Part shown: piece by piece, positions 1-14,896 of the stretch | Position numbering within the stretch: position 1 is the first letter of the stretch | How the letters are laid out: each line of letters begins with the position of its first letter | Source: Podarcis muralis | Taxonomy: Eukaryota | Direction of reading: 5' to 3' | DNA length: 64,000 bases | NCBI RefSeq assembly: GCF_964188315.1 | Contig: NC_135659.1 | Span: 54,622,001 to 54,686,000, forward strand | Position numbers and translations under genes: made by a program | Notes under the pieces: model-generated | Databases searched by the model: none | What the model saw: only the letters and a program-made list of their open reading frames with translations | Told to the model about the DNA's origin: nothing

Positions 1-797
1 CCTCTAGATTCTAAATATTTAGCAAACAAAACTATGTTTATCCTAGCATTATTAGGGATTAGTGTAACAAAACTGGTTGTTCATTAAACAGGTTCCTGGA
101 GAAACCCGGATATAAAGTGTTGCCTAAAAGGCAAAACATTATTTCTTTAATACTCTAAACAGATGGAGTCCTGGAGTATTTGACTAGGGCCAGAGAGAAT
201 GGTTCTGGAAATGAGCCAAGTCCACCAATTCTCCCATGAGTCACCTGACCAAGTAATGTGCTCTGTTTCTTTGCCATGAAGGCATACGAGGCTGTTCTAC
301 ATATTTATTCTGAGGCTGATCTACCGGTATATATTTATTTTGGCATATCCTACTCGCTATGATGTAGCCATTCTCATTTTAGTAGAAAATGCAAAGGTCA
401 TATGTTTAATCTGTTTAATGGACTCTGTGTTCATTCTATATGTTTCATATGTATTCAGTTCTGCTGTTAGCCACTAATATTAACTAACTTAATAAAGATT
501 CATCAATCCTACTGGGCAACTGCTCTTATTCCTTTCTTAACAGCAACTCTCCTTTTTGTGTCCAGCTTCAAACTGTAAATATATCTAATTTTCATTTATA
601 AAAAGAAAAAGTTATTCCTTCGGAGGTAGTAAGATGCATTAAAATGTGTGGTATGTAGTACACAGCCTCAGCCTTGGTTTTCTGTTTGGTGCCAGGTGAG
701 GACCTTTTTATTTGCCCTGGTCTTTCGTCTTGTTTGTGTTTCATCATGCTGGAATGTTGCCTTCTTTATTGGCAACATATTGTACAGTTTGATATTC

Positions 798-939
798 ACA
801 GAATCGTATACTTGTAGAGCTGGAAGGGACCCTGAGGGTCACCTTGTCCAACCCCCTTTGATGCAGGAATCTTTTGCCCAATGTGGGCCTTGCACCCACA
901 ACTCTGAGATTAAGTCGCATGCTCTACTAGCTGAGCTAT
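798..939 (-). mobile_element. tRNA-Lys-derived SINE with CR1-like 3' tail
   Basis: Minus strand reads TAGCTCAGCTAGTAGAGCATGCGACTTAATCTCAGAGTTGTGGGTGCAAGGCCCACATTGGGC (degenerate tRNA-Lys head). It continues GGTTGGACAAGGTGACCCTCAGGGTCCCTTCCAGCTCTAC...GATTCTG, a CR1-type 3' end. Confidence 0.75.
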
Positions 940-1775
940 CACACTGTCATTGTATATTATTTATTTAATTCTTATGAGCTGCTCTGAGAGCCTTGGCCGA
1001 AGAGCAGCCAACACGCAAACAAATCAAATAAATCAAAAATCCTTCCCATAAAAACAATCTTGACTTTTGCTTGGGACAAAAATACAGCAAACTACCTTGT
1101 TTAGGATCTATCTTGCTTCAGAATCTAGATGCCGTAAGAGAGAAGCTTGTTTTGCTCCCCGACAAGAACAAAGGCCGGCTTGCAAATGCATTGGTAACTT
1201 TCTTAGGAACAAATGTAATTAATATCATACGTTTGCTTAATAGCAAATGCAATCTCCAGCTAAGTCCCCGAGTGGCTAGGTTAACATGCTTTTTATATGT
1301 TTTTCTTATAAAAACTCTTTATAATGTGTTCTATTGTCCCTGAAAGGGCTGGCTCAAGACATTTTGCTGCCTGGGGTAAAAGGCACTCTAGTGCTGTCCA
1401 CTCTATGTAGAGAAGCCAACTGGACCGGCTGTTGAATCTTACTTCAACACTAGCAAAGATCCACTAAAAAAACAAACAAACCACTAACACTAGCAAAGAT
1501 GGCGCACTCCACCACATCCCGTGGGGCTTGCAGGGTAGACCTGCACACCTACCTCTATCATCCAACTTCTCGCTGCCACACCACCACCCACACAGCATGT
1601 GCTACCTGAGGCAGCTGCCTCACTCTGCCTAAGGTCAAATTCTGGTCCCCAGCTACCTTCCTTGTGATCTAATGGTACTCATTTCATTTGTAGCTGCATT
1701 CTTCTAAAAGCTACAGCGAGTCAGAAAATCTCATTCTGGCTTGGGATTTCATTATTTGGATACAGTAATATTTAT

Positions 1776-2004
1776 GAGCCAATGTAGTGTAGTCGAGAGA
1801 GCGTTGCACTAAGACCGGGGAGATCGGGGTTCAAATACGCCCCCCCCCCCCGTGGTATGAAGCTCACTGGGTGCTGACCTTGGGGCCAGTCGCTGCCTAA
1901 CCTGCCTCACAGGGTTGTTGTGAGGATAAAATGAGGGAGGAGAACTATGTACAGCACCTTCAGCTCCTTGGAGGACTGTTGGGATATAAATGTAAAAAAA
2001 ATAA
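1776..2004 (+). mobile_element. tRNA-derived SINE (Squam3/MIR-like body)
   Basis: Degenerate A/B boxes (TGTAGTGTAGTCGAG; GGTTCAAATAC), body CTCACAGGGTTGTTGTGAGGATAAAATG, and an A-rich tail. Confidence 0.65.
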
Positions 2005-5000
2005 TGCATAATAGGAGGGAAGACCTTTCAAAATATTAAAGTATCTTGGAACGTAGAGGACTGGAGTCAGAGAATCAGGCGTGCATTCCCAATTCCCAAT
2101 TCACCCCAGAATTCCAGCATTTAATGGGAGGTTTCTTTGAAAGGGAAAAAAAATGCACCACACCATCCCCATACCATTCAGGGTCAGAGCTGGCTGTGCC
2201 ACTTTGTGGACAAAGGTGCTTTGGTGTTAAGCATAATTCAACACAGCGATTAGGTCCAGGTTGGCAGTTTGCTCACGCATCACCTGACATGTAGATTAAT
2301 CTCTTTTCTGTTTGTAATACATGAAGTAGCCCTACGTGAAACAGTGGCAACGAAAAGGCAGCCTTTTGTAAAAGTTTCCCAGATGTTAATTTTATCAGGA
2401 TTGATGAAAGCCGGTTCTTTGCTTTCTGTGGACACCTGCCCTGCCCTTCACTTATCTTTGACTGTGTTCCACACATCCATATGGAGGAACAGCTGCTGCA
2501 TGGGTAAAGTGTTCCCTGCTAATCACTTTGAAAACCCGACACCTTCCTCTGTGCAGAGGCCAGGGAGGGATGTTTATGAAGAAGTTAAGCTAATGCTCAA
2601 GGCAAATGCAGCCGGCTGGAAGAGTTAGCCTTAAAGCCTGGCAAAAATCACCTTTTGTGTTAAGCTGCAAGTTGAACACCTTATCTTCCCACTCCCTCCC
2701 CCCCCCCCATTTAAATAGTAAGGAAATGAATAGATTATAATCTGTTTAGAAATAAGGTTCTAAGATTTCATCATTATTTCTTTTTTTAAAAAAAACAAAA
2801 CACCTAATTATTTCTAACACCCAAATCTATATACCTGAGAAAAAGCTCTGCATTTGGACAAAGACATGTAGGGCAGCTGCATAAGAGCAATGATGTTGCT
2901 GAGAAAGCCCTGCTTTTGTTCTTACAGCCTGTGTAGTGTCAAACTGCAGTCCTCTGCAGACCTTCAAAGTGCCTGCACGGTGACAAACAGGATTACCACT
3001 GTCCCCTTCATGGGGCACCTGCTGGTTCCACCTGCCATCCACACGTTTGACTTAAGGCAGTGTATGCAAAAAAGCTTGCTTGCAATCAACTTAATATGCA
3101 CAGACCTCTGCACAATCTGTACATGCAAACCCAGAGCTCCCAAACTAAGAGGCTCCTATGAAAACCAAGAAGTAGTACGAGACTCAAATCTTTTAAAGAT
3201 CTGATGAAGCAACCAACAGAAAGAAAGAATCTGAAGCAAATAATGAGGCCTCTGTTTGACATAAGCATAAATTAATCAGAAAGGGAGATGTCAAATGAGG
3301 CAAAAGCACACACAAGTCAGGCAAAAGGATGCAAGATTTCTCAAAGAAGCTAACTTTAAAGGGCTGTGAGAGAGACAATAAAACAGCAGGAGAAATTCAG
3401 AGCTGATAAAGACAAGTGTGGAAGTATATCAAAAGAAAAGCTCAAAAATGGTAAGCAAACGTAAATAATTAATTGCAATTTAATTAGGATGCAATCCCAT
3501 ACTGAAGATTTGACAGCTTTCGACTTTGGCAGAAGCCTCCACCCCTCTTCCCGGAACCTTATCTGGTACAGTATCTCACCTTGGAGCTTCAGGCCCAAAT
3601 GCCAAGTTACCTTCTGCTCCCACAACTGGAGATGCAAGGACACAGCACCCCACACAGGTAAGCAAGTTAAAGAAAAACCCTTGCTGTAATGTATAACCAT
3701 TGCAGCTGCCTCCCATGTCTCCCCCACGCCTTTCATAGTACATAAATACTGTGTCTTGTTTGAACCGTCTTGCCCCAAAACTCTTGCCCGCCCCAAGAGC
3801 AGTGCTCTCTACATAGAGGAGGTACTCATTCTCACACCCAGGTGAACTCTTCATTGGCAAAGGCCAGGCACTCCTTTCCAACTCTGTTGGCAAGGCTATA
3901 AACAAGCATGAGAGGGTCTTGCTCTTCTTTTATACAGAGCAAAAAGGAGAGAAAAAAATAAGTAAATCAAAGGATTTTGCCGAACTTGTTCAAGGAAAAA
4001 GTTTAGTTCTTCAGCACCTTCATTTATAGTGCAAACATGATATATTTTTCCTTCTGCTTAACTTAAATTCAGAAGGCTTATTTAGCTTTGTTGCAGAACA
4101 AGCTTTGGAGTTTTGTGACATGTTAAACAATGTTTTGGCACTGTATTAGCATTTTCTTAAACTAATAAGAGACAAAGGGCTCATGAAAATATAGAGCCTT
4201 TCTCAAACACCATTTAAATTAGATCTAGCTAGTGTGTAAAAAGTGATTTTGTTCCTAGGCTGATGAACAGCAAGTGGTTCAAAATAGCAATTGAAAACAA
4301 GCCAAGCCTTTGAAGTTTCACAGCACTTGAATATCAGGGAAGGGAAAAGGTAAGACAAGAGTTATTATATTAAGACTGTTTGACAGGGAAGGTTTTTGAA
4401 ATCCCTTGATCTTTCTCAGCACATCCAGTTTTCACAGAAAGGTGCAGCCACAAGACATTTTCTTCTAGAACAGTATATGCCACTTGATCACAGAAGAACT
4501 ATCAGACTTTGGAAGAAAATGCATTTTAATACAGGAGAAAATGCTACGGGTTTTGTGCTTTTAAAAAGCACCCAGTATTTTCCTCAACCAAATACAAATA
4601 TGTGCACCACCAAAGACTGCAAAACTTTTGCCATGTAAAACTTCTGCAGGGGGTATTTCACTTCTCTGCTCCCTGCCCCCACAACCAAAAAGTGTTGGAG
4701 ATTATGTACTTGGCTTCATTTTAGTTTCATCACATCTACCATCACAACGTACATAACAGAAAGAGGTTAATGAATGTGTTCAAGAAGGGAGAGGGACAGA
4801 GGCTGAATCTAGAGAGTGAGCTACTCAGGAGCAGAGCCATGCAAAATCGGGTGTGTAGTCAGAAACAAAACCAGGCATGACCCCGTGACAAAAACACACA
4901 CACTTTTTCAGTACTTGCTCTGTCTGGTGTAAGTGGACTGTACATCTGCCCATGGAACAATGCTGAGTGGAACCCCCAGTCTTCCAAATCACAGGCATTC

Positions 5001-8000
5001 AACAGGGCTAAACATCACCCTCCAAATAAAGATGTGCAGAATGTCACTTGGAGGTGGTGCTTGAAACTAGGGTCAGCAGTGCAAAGCTGGGGGCCAAACT
5101 TGGCGGCATGTTAAATGGTTGGTTGAAATTAATGTGCCTAGCTTTCTTATAATTTGTGGCCGAGGGGGATCAGGATTTGGACCCTGTACCAAGGGGCAGT
5201 TAACAGTGTCTGTCAGCCATGTTCCTGGCAAAAATCTTTCTTGCCCCCTGCCCCAAAAGCTGCTATTTGAAGCAGGAGGGAAAGTGCTATTGGCATCAAT
5301 GGAAGTTTCCCTCGTTGTCATGTCTCGTGTCCCTTTCCATCCCCGTACTGATGTCTGCACGTGTACCCGGCAAACATGTAAAGAGAAATACAAGAATGGA
5401 AAAGGACAAAAACAAACTAACATGGAACAAAAGGCAATCGTTTGGGCTCAGCCCAAGAGATTTGGCCCAGATCCCTGCCCTTATCTGTATGCACAGTGGC
5501 ACAGAATTCTCATTACTGGTTGAAGCAGAGAACAGGGCAGTGCATTGCTCTCTTTCAGCCTATGCAAGCAATTCCCAGTAGCCAGCTTCCAGTATTTTTA
5601 AAACATTTCACTGGGATAGTAAAATTCTTGAAGGAGGAAAAATTACGTAGTACAATTCCTGATGAAGCTCAGAAGGGCTACAACAAGTGCTACTTTTCTG
5701 TAATGAAAGTCAAGTCCAAGAGGTCTCAAGTGTAACAGCTACAAGTTGAGCTTCCAGGCTGGATCCACCGTCTTTTAACTGAACCTGCAGAGGCTCAGCT
5801 GCTGAGCACTTGCTTTGCAAGCGTGCCACCCCAAGACCGAGAAAGGCCTCTGTGGGAGAGCAATTCCCAGTCACGGTTAATCATGCTGAGTGAGATGCAC
5901 CGCTGCATCCCAACCACCTGCACTTGTTTAATGGGTACAGTGCCTTCCCTCCCACCCTTCACTCTGTGTGCTTAATTCAAGCTATTGTCAGAATATCCTC
6001 CAGACCTATCAATTTGCCTCTTTGAATGCCAGGGGTTTTTTTTGTGGGGGGTTTTTTGGTTTAATTTTTGCTTTGTCTTATATGCAGCAGCTTTCGGCAT
6101 TTTGAATTAGATATGGAGCTAGAGCAGCCTACAATGCTTTTAAAGCTGTTTGTTGGATGTAAAAAATATGTGGGAACACAAAGTCAAGCACTCATGCACA
6201 TTTCATGCATTCTGTCACTTAAACACCCAACTGAGATTGCAACCTGTGCTTTTTCGATTGCTGAGAAATGTATCTTTTTACGTGGCAAAACACCGAAGGA
6301 CAAGCCATTAGCAGCTCATATATATTCAGTCGTGTCTGGATGTTACACTAAACCACTGTTTAAAAGCAATGTGAATGAGTCTACCTTCCTTCATGGCCCT
6401 CGCCACCTACCAACAGCTAAAAGAAGGAACATATAAGCGCTTGCTTTGCTTTCAGTAAACTATGACTTCCTGCATTGTCAAAACTGAGAATAGTAGTTTA
6501 ACACTAACTATGGTTAGGGTTTTTATAAAAAATCAAGACAGCTTCATAACTCACAATTTGAAGTTGACTTGTTTGAAAACTAAGCGCAGTTAGTGAGAAA
6601 ACATTATTCCTGCTTCAGATAGCACGGGAAGTCACAGTTTACAAGTCACAGTCATGTTCTTGGCTGTATGGGAGGAATAGAGTTGCTCAGGAAGAGAGGA
6701 GGCTGATTCATGCAGTGTTAAACCATAGTCTAATGTTACATCTGAACTTGGTCATTGCCTTCCCATTTTCTGTAAGGCATACATGAGTCTGTCTGCTCCC
6801 CATCCCTCTATCTGCATGTATGTGTGCACACCCATCACTCAAGAGCAGTAGATTAGCACAGAGTTTGACATTTCCAGGCTATTAAGGAAATTCCACTTTT
6901 AATGAGCAAGAACTTCTGTGCGATTCAAGACAATTCTCCTGGACAGAAGCTTACTGTACATATCCATTTATTTTCCTTGGCAAGAGACTGACATTTGCTC
7001 CTGGCACTTGCCTGAGCTGTTCTTTATTTGGCACAATGCAAGGATAACCTACCCGAAAGCAATGAATAGCAGGTAAGTCAGAAAAAGAGGGGAGAAATAA
7101 AAAGAATTCTATTGACAAACCACTTTTCCAGACAAGAACATATACTAAATATGAAAAAAATTTAAAACACAAATGAGGGGTATATCGTGAAAAACAATTA
7201 ACAGTCATGTAAAGAAAAGATACTTTTCTTCTGTAGAAAATAGATGGTAGATAAATATAAAACACACACACATTTGGTCTAACACAATGGGGAAGGGCTA
7301 TTGTTCGACTCTACATTTTGCATACAAAACGTCCCAGATTCAACCCCCTATGTCAAAGCCTTTTCTTCAGGGTGCGGTTGGACAGAAATGAGGACTTGAG
7401 GGGAAACTGTACCATTAGAAAACTAATAATGTGAAGTTTGAAAAAAAGGGGGAAATTAGACATGTGAGGCATAAGTGTTTATTAAGCAGTTAATTGACAT
7501 GAAATGTCAGGGACAGCATGTACCCAAATTGTATCAGGGTAGAATGTGCTCCATTTCCATACTTAAAATAAACTGCCAAAACCAGATTAAAACATCTTCT
7601 TTTGGGCGGGAACCACCTCTTCTTCACCTTCATCTTTTGGCAGGTAACACTTCGTTTTATCCTTGTAGCTACTCTTAAAATATTCCTGTTTTTGCACCTG
7701 TCACCAAACTACGGCAGACTCATAAATGAACAGTCACTATATGGTAGATAAGAACTAGTGGCTCCTATGGAGAAACTGCCATTGATACAGGGTGTAAAGT
7801 ACGCTTTGTGTTCGTTCAGTCTTTGCTTTTTCGGTATGGGGGGGTGTTACAATGGGGAATTGGTGCAGTTGCTTTTAAAAAACCCTCCCAGTATCTCCAA
7901 GCAGAACTGGGAAAGACTTCTGTCTGAAACCCCACCAGGCAGTATCAAGCAGGTGTGGTGGTAGATTGGAAACTACTGGCAGATCTCTGGGTAATTTCCA

Positions 8001-8033
8001 GGAGCTTGGTAAGGGATCCCAACTGTTCTAGTA

Positions 8034-8259
8034 CAGTAGTACCTTGGGTTACAGACGCTTCAGGTTACAGACTCCGCTAACCCAGAAATAGTACCTTGGG
8101 TTAAGAACTTTGCTTCAGCATAAGAACAGAAATCACACGGCGGCGGCGCAGCAGCAGTAGGAGGCCCCATTAGCTAAAGTGGTACCTCAGATTAAGAACA
8201 GTTTCAGGTTAAGAACGGACGTCCAGAACGAATTAAGTTCTTAACCCGAGGTACCACTG
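8034..8259. mobile_element. Tc1/mariner-type MITE (CAGTGGTACCTC TIR family), copy 1
   Basis: TA-CAGTAGTACCTTGGGTT ... AACCCGAGGTACCACTG-TA. Terminal inverted repeats with TA target duplication; near-identical to the copies at 16238 and 59325. Confidence 0.85.
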
Positions 8260-10302
8260 TAATAGCAACACCAAAAATAGGTGGGGCAACCCAGCCAGAT
8301 GGGTGGAGTATAAATAAATAAAATAAAATATCACACACACACAAATCCTAAATTAGGTTGCTGAAACAAAGAAAGCCTGCAAGGAAATATTGGCTAAACA
8401 TATGTTAAAGGGCACTCTGTCCTTAATTCTTAGGGCTTGTCCACACTTCTGCTTGCCCCGTGCCTAGAAAGCATGGGTCTAAGCAAGTTTCCCCTTGCCC
8501 CACTCATTTCCCAAGAAAAACCTGCTCTTTAGCTTTAACTTGGAACAAATGGCAGTCCACGGAAAACCTGTGCCATTTGCTCTGACTGATAACAAAAGAG
8601 CATTTTCTTTCCCAGGGGAAAGCAGTGGGACAAGAGGAAGTGGATAAACCCTTAGCTAAATTTATTTTGCACCTGGCTCAGGTTGGGGGATCTCAAGAGT
8701 TCTAGTACAATAATATGGTAGATCCTGCAAGACTAATGACTACCCTCCCCTGGTGTACAACGTAGATGACTCTGAGCTGGATGAACAGTGGTCTGAGTTG
8801 GTTGGTATAAGGCAGCTTTCCATGTTCTCAATCCCTGAGCTTTCTCCCACCTGCGATGATCAATCAATAGTAAAGAGACCCTTTTAAGCAGAAAGTGCTT
8901 TCATACCAGTAAAGGTCACTTAGCTGCTGTAAGGAATGCTAAGTTTATCACAAATGTGGAAATGGGTATTTTCAGGAAACTGCAGCATTCTTCCAATGCA
9001 CTCGGAATAATTCTACCTCCAGAAAGCTGGACCCAGAACCTTGTACTGAATAGTAATAACTGAAGCATAGTTGAAATATTGGCCAGCCTTAAAAGCCGCC
9101 CAGCTGCCTCTGTAAGGAACAGGTTGTAAAAGCAGCTAAGGAATAACAAGGAGTTCTTATCTGGATTCACCATGTACTCCTCCTTCGGGCATTCTGAACC
9201 AGGAAGCAAACAAGGCTGCAATCTGGCACTGGGAGTGTACCTGCCATTCCAACTCTACTTCCTTCTCCCCCATGCCCAAAGTATCTCTGCTGTTTGAAGT
9301 GGCTCTCAATACCATTTTACAAGCGGTTTTGTCACTGATGACCATACAAACAAGTTCTATTTCCTCAGAACATTTTGCTTTTTCAAATGAGCAATTCAAT
9401 CTGTCTTTAAGAGGCATGCAGACATTCTTTGAGAAGATTAGACACATGCCTATTATGAAGCAAAAGTGGTCCGTTTCCTGGAACTGTGTTAGAAGCCCAA
9501 TCTTGTTTGCAATCTTCTGGTTTCACTGTACTTCTGCTGGCAACTCTCCTCATCCCTCGATTATCAGAATCAGATCTCTTCACTAACTTCCCTGTCTGAG
9601 ATGGCACAATAGCAAGTTCACGGAATGCTGCTTAACAGCAAATAAAACGGCTGGTCCAAGCAAGCTGGGATTCTCTATCCTGGCTGGCACATGTCCTTCC
9701 CAGCCCAGATGGCAGGGACTAAACCCGGATACTTGTTTCACACAAAGCTTGTACTTTCGTATTAACCTGTGTTCCCTCCTCTCTTGCTTTGCTAGCGGGG
9801 AAACATTTCTGATGCAGGATTAGGACTTCACAGGCCACATAGTACAAAACTTATCTAGGGCATCCACTATACTCATTTCTCCACATACATCCTCAGAAAC
9901 CCCTGGGCAACCGTTTATGGATTAAAAGTGGCTTTTCCAACTCAGCTGAGCCTCACAATGTTAGACAGCCTAGGCCCCTGTCGGTTACAAATCCTCCAAG
10001 CTACTGGTTTTTCCAGTTTTACTTCATGTACACATAAACCGCCACTCAGCCTCTGAAACCAGCGGCCTGTAAAAGGCAAAATCAACATTTTAAGTTTCAT
10101 TTATTGCGTGTTCACCACCTGTTCTCCTTATCAGGTTGATTCTTCACTTCACTTTCTCCTAGCACTAATTTCCAGCATTTTCTTTCTATACGTGTTTCCT
10201 CTCTAAACCACTTCTTCATTTCACTGAAGAGATTGAAGGTATGCCATTTCATCTCTGTAGCAACAACTTTGAAAACGTGTGCAAAACGTGTGCGAGCACA
10301 GT

Positions 10303-10303
<1 letters not shown>

Positions 10304-10341
<38 letters not shown>
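10304..10341. repeat. (TG)n microsatellite
   Basis: Uninterrupted TG run seen directly. Confidence 0.95.
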
Positions 10342-10344
<3 letters not shown>

Positions 10345-12810
10345 AAATGCATGCACTACCTTGAGATATTAGCAAACTGGATTTTACAAAGGTCAGAACC
10401 ACCCTTTTCTTGTCTCTACCAGAAGAAATTAGCAAGGGGTCTGTGGTGAATAGGTGCACAAGATGCTGGTCACAGATGCCAACTTGAAGAAAATATTGGG
10501 GGGGGGGTTGCCTCTCCTGACTTCTACCCTCTCTCCACACCACCTTCCTTCACCATGAGGACGCAAGCCTGTAAAAGATGGTGGTGTCCAGCTAGGAGGG
10601 AGGTGGCTATCCAAGGGTGCCAACTTGTGGGAAATAGGGAGGGTTCAGCTCTCCCTAAATATTCTATTGGAGGACCAAAGGGACCAGGGCCTCACAGAGT
10701 TGGCACCTATGTGCTGGGCTGTGTACACTGCACCACCCCACCCCCCACCACCGCCACCCAAACAGCATGCGTTGCTCCTATCCCAATATTCACTCCCAAT
10801 CTCCACAGGTTTAGAACCAGTGTCTGTTGAATATAGCTGGATTCTCCCTTCAGGCATTCACTCTAAAGAAAGGTTAGGAGAAGATGCAGCTATGCACACA
10901 CTTTGGGCCCTGATGCATTCAGATAACATCTGAATAGGGCTTAAGGAAAAATGACCAATTTTTGCTGGAATACACAGGGCAGAAACTGAAAGGAACTGAA
11001 AAGAAAAATCTAAATATGGAGACAAATGGTTCTAAATTTAACTCCATAGTGGTAGGATTACTACAATGTGTTTCAGGGTGGATAATTTTTTTTAAAGTGA
11101 GAAATGGAAGTTACAGCTCTGTGTTGTACAACAAGGGGGCTAGGTGGGACAGGTGGATATATCACAGAATGTATAAGGATCTACTGGTGAAGCAACAATT
11201 ACCGCAGACCAAGCCAACCATTGTTGCACTTGAGCACAACATTTAAGAAACAGGCGAACTTGCACACGTTTGCCAGTTGCTAAGTTGGTCATCTGTATTG
11301 TTCATTCATTGCTACGGGGCTTCAGCTCAAACAATAAAACATTATCCTGGAAAGGACAGTGCCTCATTAATGAGGTAATAATTGCACATATATAAAACAA
11401 AGAAGAGTGCTAATTAGGCTGTTCATGCTATTGTCCATGACACGCCACAACAGAGTGAATTCAGCAAGATCCATTCTCCGTTTTGCTATGGCTCCATACC
11501 TTTTCATTCCTAAGCTCTGAGCGTGGATGCAAATGATAGGCAGATACATTACATAGAGAGCACTTTAAACTGGTGTCTCATGCAGAATGTCCAGTGTTGG
11601 CACATCAGTTATTTGTAACACTTTGCCTTACAGGCTGCTACACACCTCTATGTCTTGCAATAACGTGGTACACAATGGGGACCGCACGTGATGCTCACCC
11701 ACAAGGAGCAGCACTCATGTGCCTGGATTTAAAAGCAGCCACTACATGGCTGCTCTTCATTACAAAGTCAAAGACTTGCAAATTATAAAACATTGCATGT
11801 ATAGCAACGGTGATTGGCAGCCTTTTCAGTTCAGCTTCTTTATGCCAAAACACCTGATCCAAAGACTAGCTGCAGCAGCACTTAAGTGTTAGGAAGGATG
11901 TGCCAGCAATACAAAATCATAAAGCATGAAAGTTACATCAGCACTACAGTACTACTGATTGACATCTATGCAGAAAAATGATGTAAATTAGGGAATACCT
12001 GTATTATTTAAAATAAATTACCAGGGGATTTTCAGTCCCCTGAGGCTCATACCTATTTAGAGTTTGGAAGCTGCAGTGTAGCTTGTCTAAAGAGATTCCT
12101 AAAACTTGAGAACGGCAAGCCAAATCCAGTTGTACAGGATGCTTTGGCAGCCAAAAGCAGCACACACGGTAAAATTGAGTATAGCTCCCAGGACCTCCTG
12201 CTTCTTTTATAAACGAGAATAAGGATTTCCACAGAATGGAATGATTTTAATTGAGGTATATGGACCTGAGTCATCTCAAAAAGCAGAAGAGGGTGGTGCA
12301 GTGTAAATATACAGCGATATACATAGTTCCAAAAGGGAAGTAGCTGGGATTATGGCTTGAAAAATGGCACATTACCTGGAAAATAAATTGCTATCATTTA
12401 TCTTCTGCAGGTTCCAATTGAGCAGCAAATTATGTGAAGGAAGTAAAATGTCAGTTTGTGTAGGAGGAACGTTTACACAGGGCAGAGGGGCTTCTGGAAG
12501 AGAGCTGAGAAGGAGGAAGCAGGTGGGACAAGCAGCCAATCAAAAATGATGACCAGAAAAAAACACAACTCCAACTGAAAGACAAGCCTGGCTATTAGTG
12601 GAAAGGGGTGAACAGGTAAGGGAGCTGATGAAGCATTGCAGGGGCAGAATGAGACTAATAAGCCTGTTGTTTGATGACAATTTTCTACCTTGCTTTCCTC
12701 ACTCTGATATATTCCTAGAACCTTGGGCCACTCAATGAAGATGCACGTTGGAAATTTCAGGACAGCAAAATAAAATACTTATTTGCACAGCAGATAATTA
12801 GAGTATGGTG

Positions 12811-13069
12811 ATGGTGATGGCTGCAATCAGCTTTAAAGGGGTGATTTGATAAATTCATGGAGGATAAGGCTATCCATGGCAAACAGCCATGAAAGCTGTA
12901 TGCTACTTCCATGTCTCTGAATACCCATCACCGAGCAATATGAGTGCAGAGATTGCTCTAGTGCTCGTCTTGCTTGTAAACTTTCCAACAGACACCATCA
13001 CTGAGATAACAGGATGTTGGAGTAGATGGACCTTCAGCCTGATCCAGCAGGGCTCTTCCTAGGTTCTTA
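12811..13069 (+). mobile_element. CR1 LINE 3' end remnant
   Basis: GATAAATTCATGGAGGATAAGGCTATC ... AGTAGATGGACCTTCAGCCTGATCCAGCAGGGCTCTTCCTAGGTTCTTA is typical of squamate CR1 3' UTRs. Confidence 0.7.
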
Positions 13070-14016
13070 GCTCTACAGAAACTGACCTCATGATCAAGAA
13101 TCTGAAGTAGCACTATGTAACAGATCCCCTTCTTTGTTATGTGGGTACTCAACAGCCCAGTAGGGAGCCAGTTATGCCGTCTTGATTTATGCGATAGTTG
13201 CCACCACCTATTTCAGTCTACAGCCTGTCCTGCCACCCCAAACAAGGAGGGATCTGGGGGGTGCCCCATTAACTATTAGATCCTGGGATCCCGGACCGAT
13301 GCACCTTGTGCCTCCAGCCAATCCCCTGCTCCTGGTGTCTCCCAGAGGATAGATTAATGTACTAGTCTATAAGAACTCTGATCCTAAATTCCTTGTAGCA
13401 TTAATTCCAAGCAGTCTGGATGCATGGGGATGACTAGAATCCTGAGGTTGGCAAATGCACACACTTCAGTGGTCAAGTTATGAAACTCTATTAAGAATAG
13501 AAGAAAGAGGGGAGTAGGCAAATGTTCAACAGAATACTATAAACAAAATGAGAGCCTGGTGGCTCAAACCCCTAACTGATCTAACCAGTCAGCACTGTAT
13601 TTCTAGTTGCTTATGAGTAAGCTGCAAGAATGGTCAGCTTCCCAGTGCATAGCAAAATGCTGTGTGGCCCTGATGCAGAAAGGTCACAGGCCCCGAGGTG
13701 GGGAAGCAAGAACAAAGGGAATGATCCTAGAGTACCTTTTAATGGGATTCCTGCCCAATGACCAATCAGACCTCAAGTCACATTTTACAGGTAAATGCGA
13801 GATACTTTGTCAGAGGAAGCTGAGAGGCTGAGGAGTCAGAGTAAGGTGGCAGGCTGAGGAGTCGTTTAGAGTTTAAATTAAGACCCAGATTTTCCCAACT
13901 TTCTGTCAGACAGTTTTAATATTTTTCTTGTGAGATAGCCAGTTGGGTGGGGAGGCTGCAAGGGCTTTGCTCACAGAAACAGAGAAGCAGGAGACCAGTG
14001 CTCCTCTGTCACAATA

Positions 14017-14257
14017 CCGTTGTACCTCGGTTTAAGAACAGTCCGGTTTAAGAACAATTTGGTTTACAAACGCCGCAAAACCGGAAACAGTGTCTTGGTT
14101 TGAGACCTTTACCTCAGTCTAAGAACAGAATCCGAATGGTGGAAGGGCACCGGCAGCAGGAGGCCTCATTAGGGAAAGTGCGCCTCGGTTTAAGAATGGT
14201 TTTGGTTTAAGAATGGACTTCCAGAACGGATTAAGTTCATAAACTGAGGTACCACTG
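14017..14257. mobile_element. Tc1/mariner-type MITE, diverged copy 2
   Basis: TA-CCGTTGTACCTCGGTTT ... AAACTGAGGTACCACTG-TA, with the same internal GGTTTAAGAAC repeats as the other copies. Confidence 0.75.
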
Positions 14258-14766
14258 TACTTACATATTCAAGAGTTTACTCATACAGCATATGGTGAGG
14301 CTAACGGGGGTGGAGTGGGAAATGCAGGTGTTTATCTGAATATCAAATAAATCTAGTAAAGCAAGGACAGTTAGGCATCCTCAGCTAAGTCCAGGCTTCC
14401 GGTAAGAGAAAACACACAGCCATCAGTGTACGGGTGATAACTGTAGCACATAACCAATTACAGTTGCCTTACTAGACCAAGGTTATCAAAGAGTGAGGAG
14501 AAGCTGAAAACTCATTGATGCACAAGATGCACGGTGAAAAGGGCGATATTAAGACTTATAAATGCAGCATCAAATATTTCTCAATATAATTGTCCTATAC
14601 ATCAGCAGGAGCTTTTACCAGTGTTTCCAATACAGAACACTTTTTGTCTCACCTCAATATTTACGATCTACAAAAGCAAGCAAAAACAACCGTTTTTGTT
14701 TCTTTAAAAGAGTCCTCTTAATTCAGAGATATAGGAATTAGTCTAAGGTTTTATCTAGCCTTAGGC

Positions 14767-14896
14767 CAGGGAGGGGAACCTGTGGCCCTTTAAATGTTGT
14801 TCGACTACAGCTCCCGTCGTCCTTGACCACTGGTTTTGCTGCGTGGGGTTGATGGAGTCCAATGAGATCTGAAGAGCCACAAGGGCTCCATCCCTG
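14767..14896. mobile_element. Short hAT-like non-autonomous element
   Basis: CAGGGAGGGGA...TCCATCCCTG termini and an internal GACTACAGCTCCC motif. A related core lies at about 34290-34380. No clear TSD. Confidence 0.5.

Noticed and set aside
870-939. Possible tRNA-Lys gene
   Set aside because: Anticodon arm deletion, mutated B box, and fusion to a CR1-like tail: it is a SINE head.
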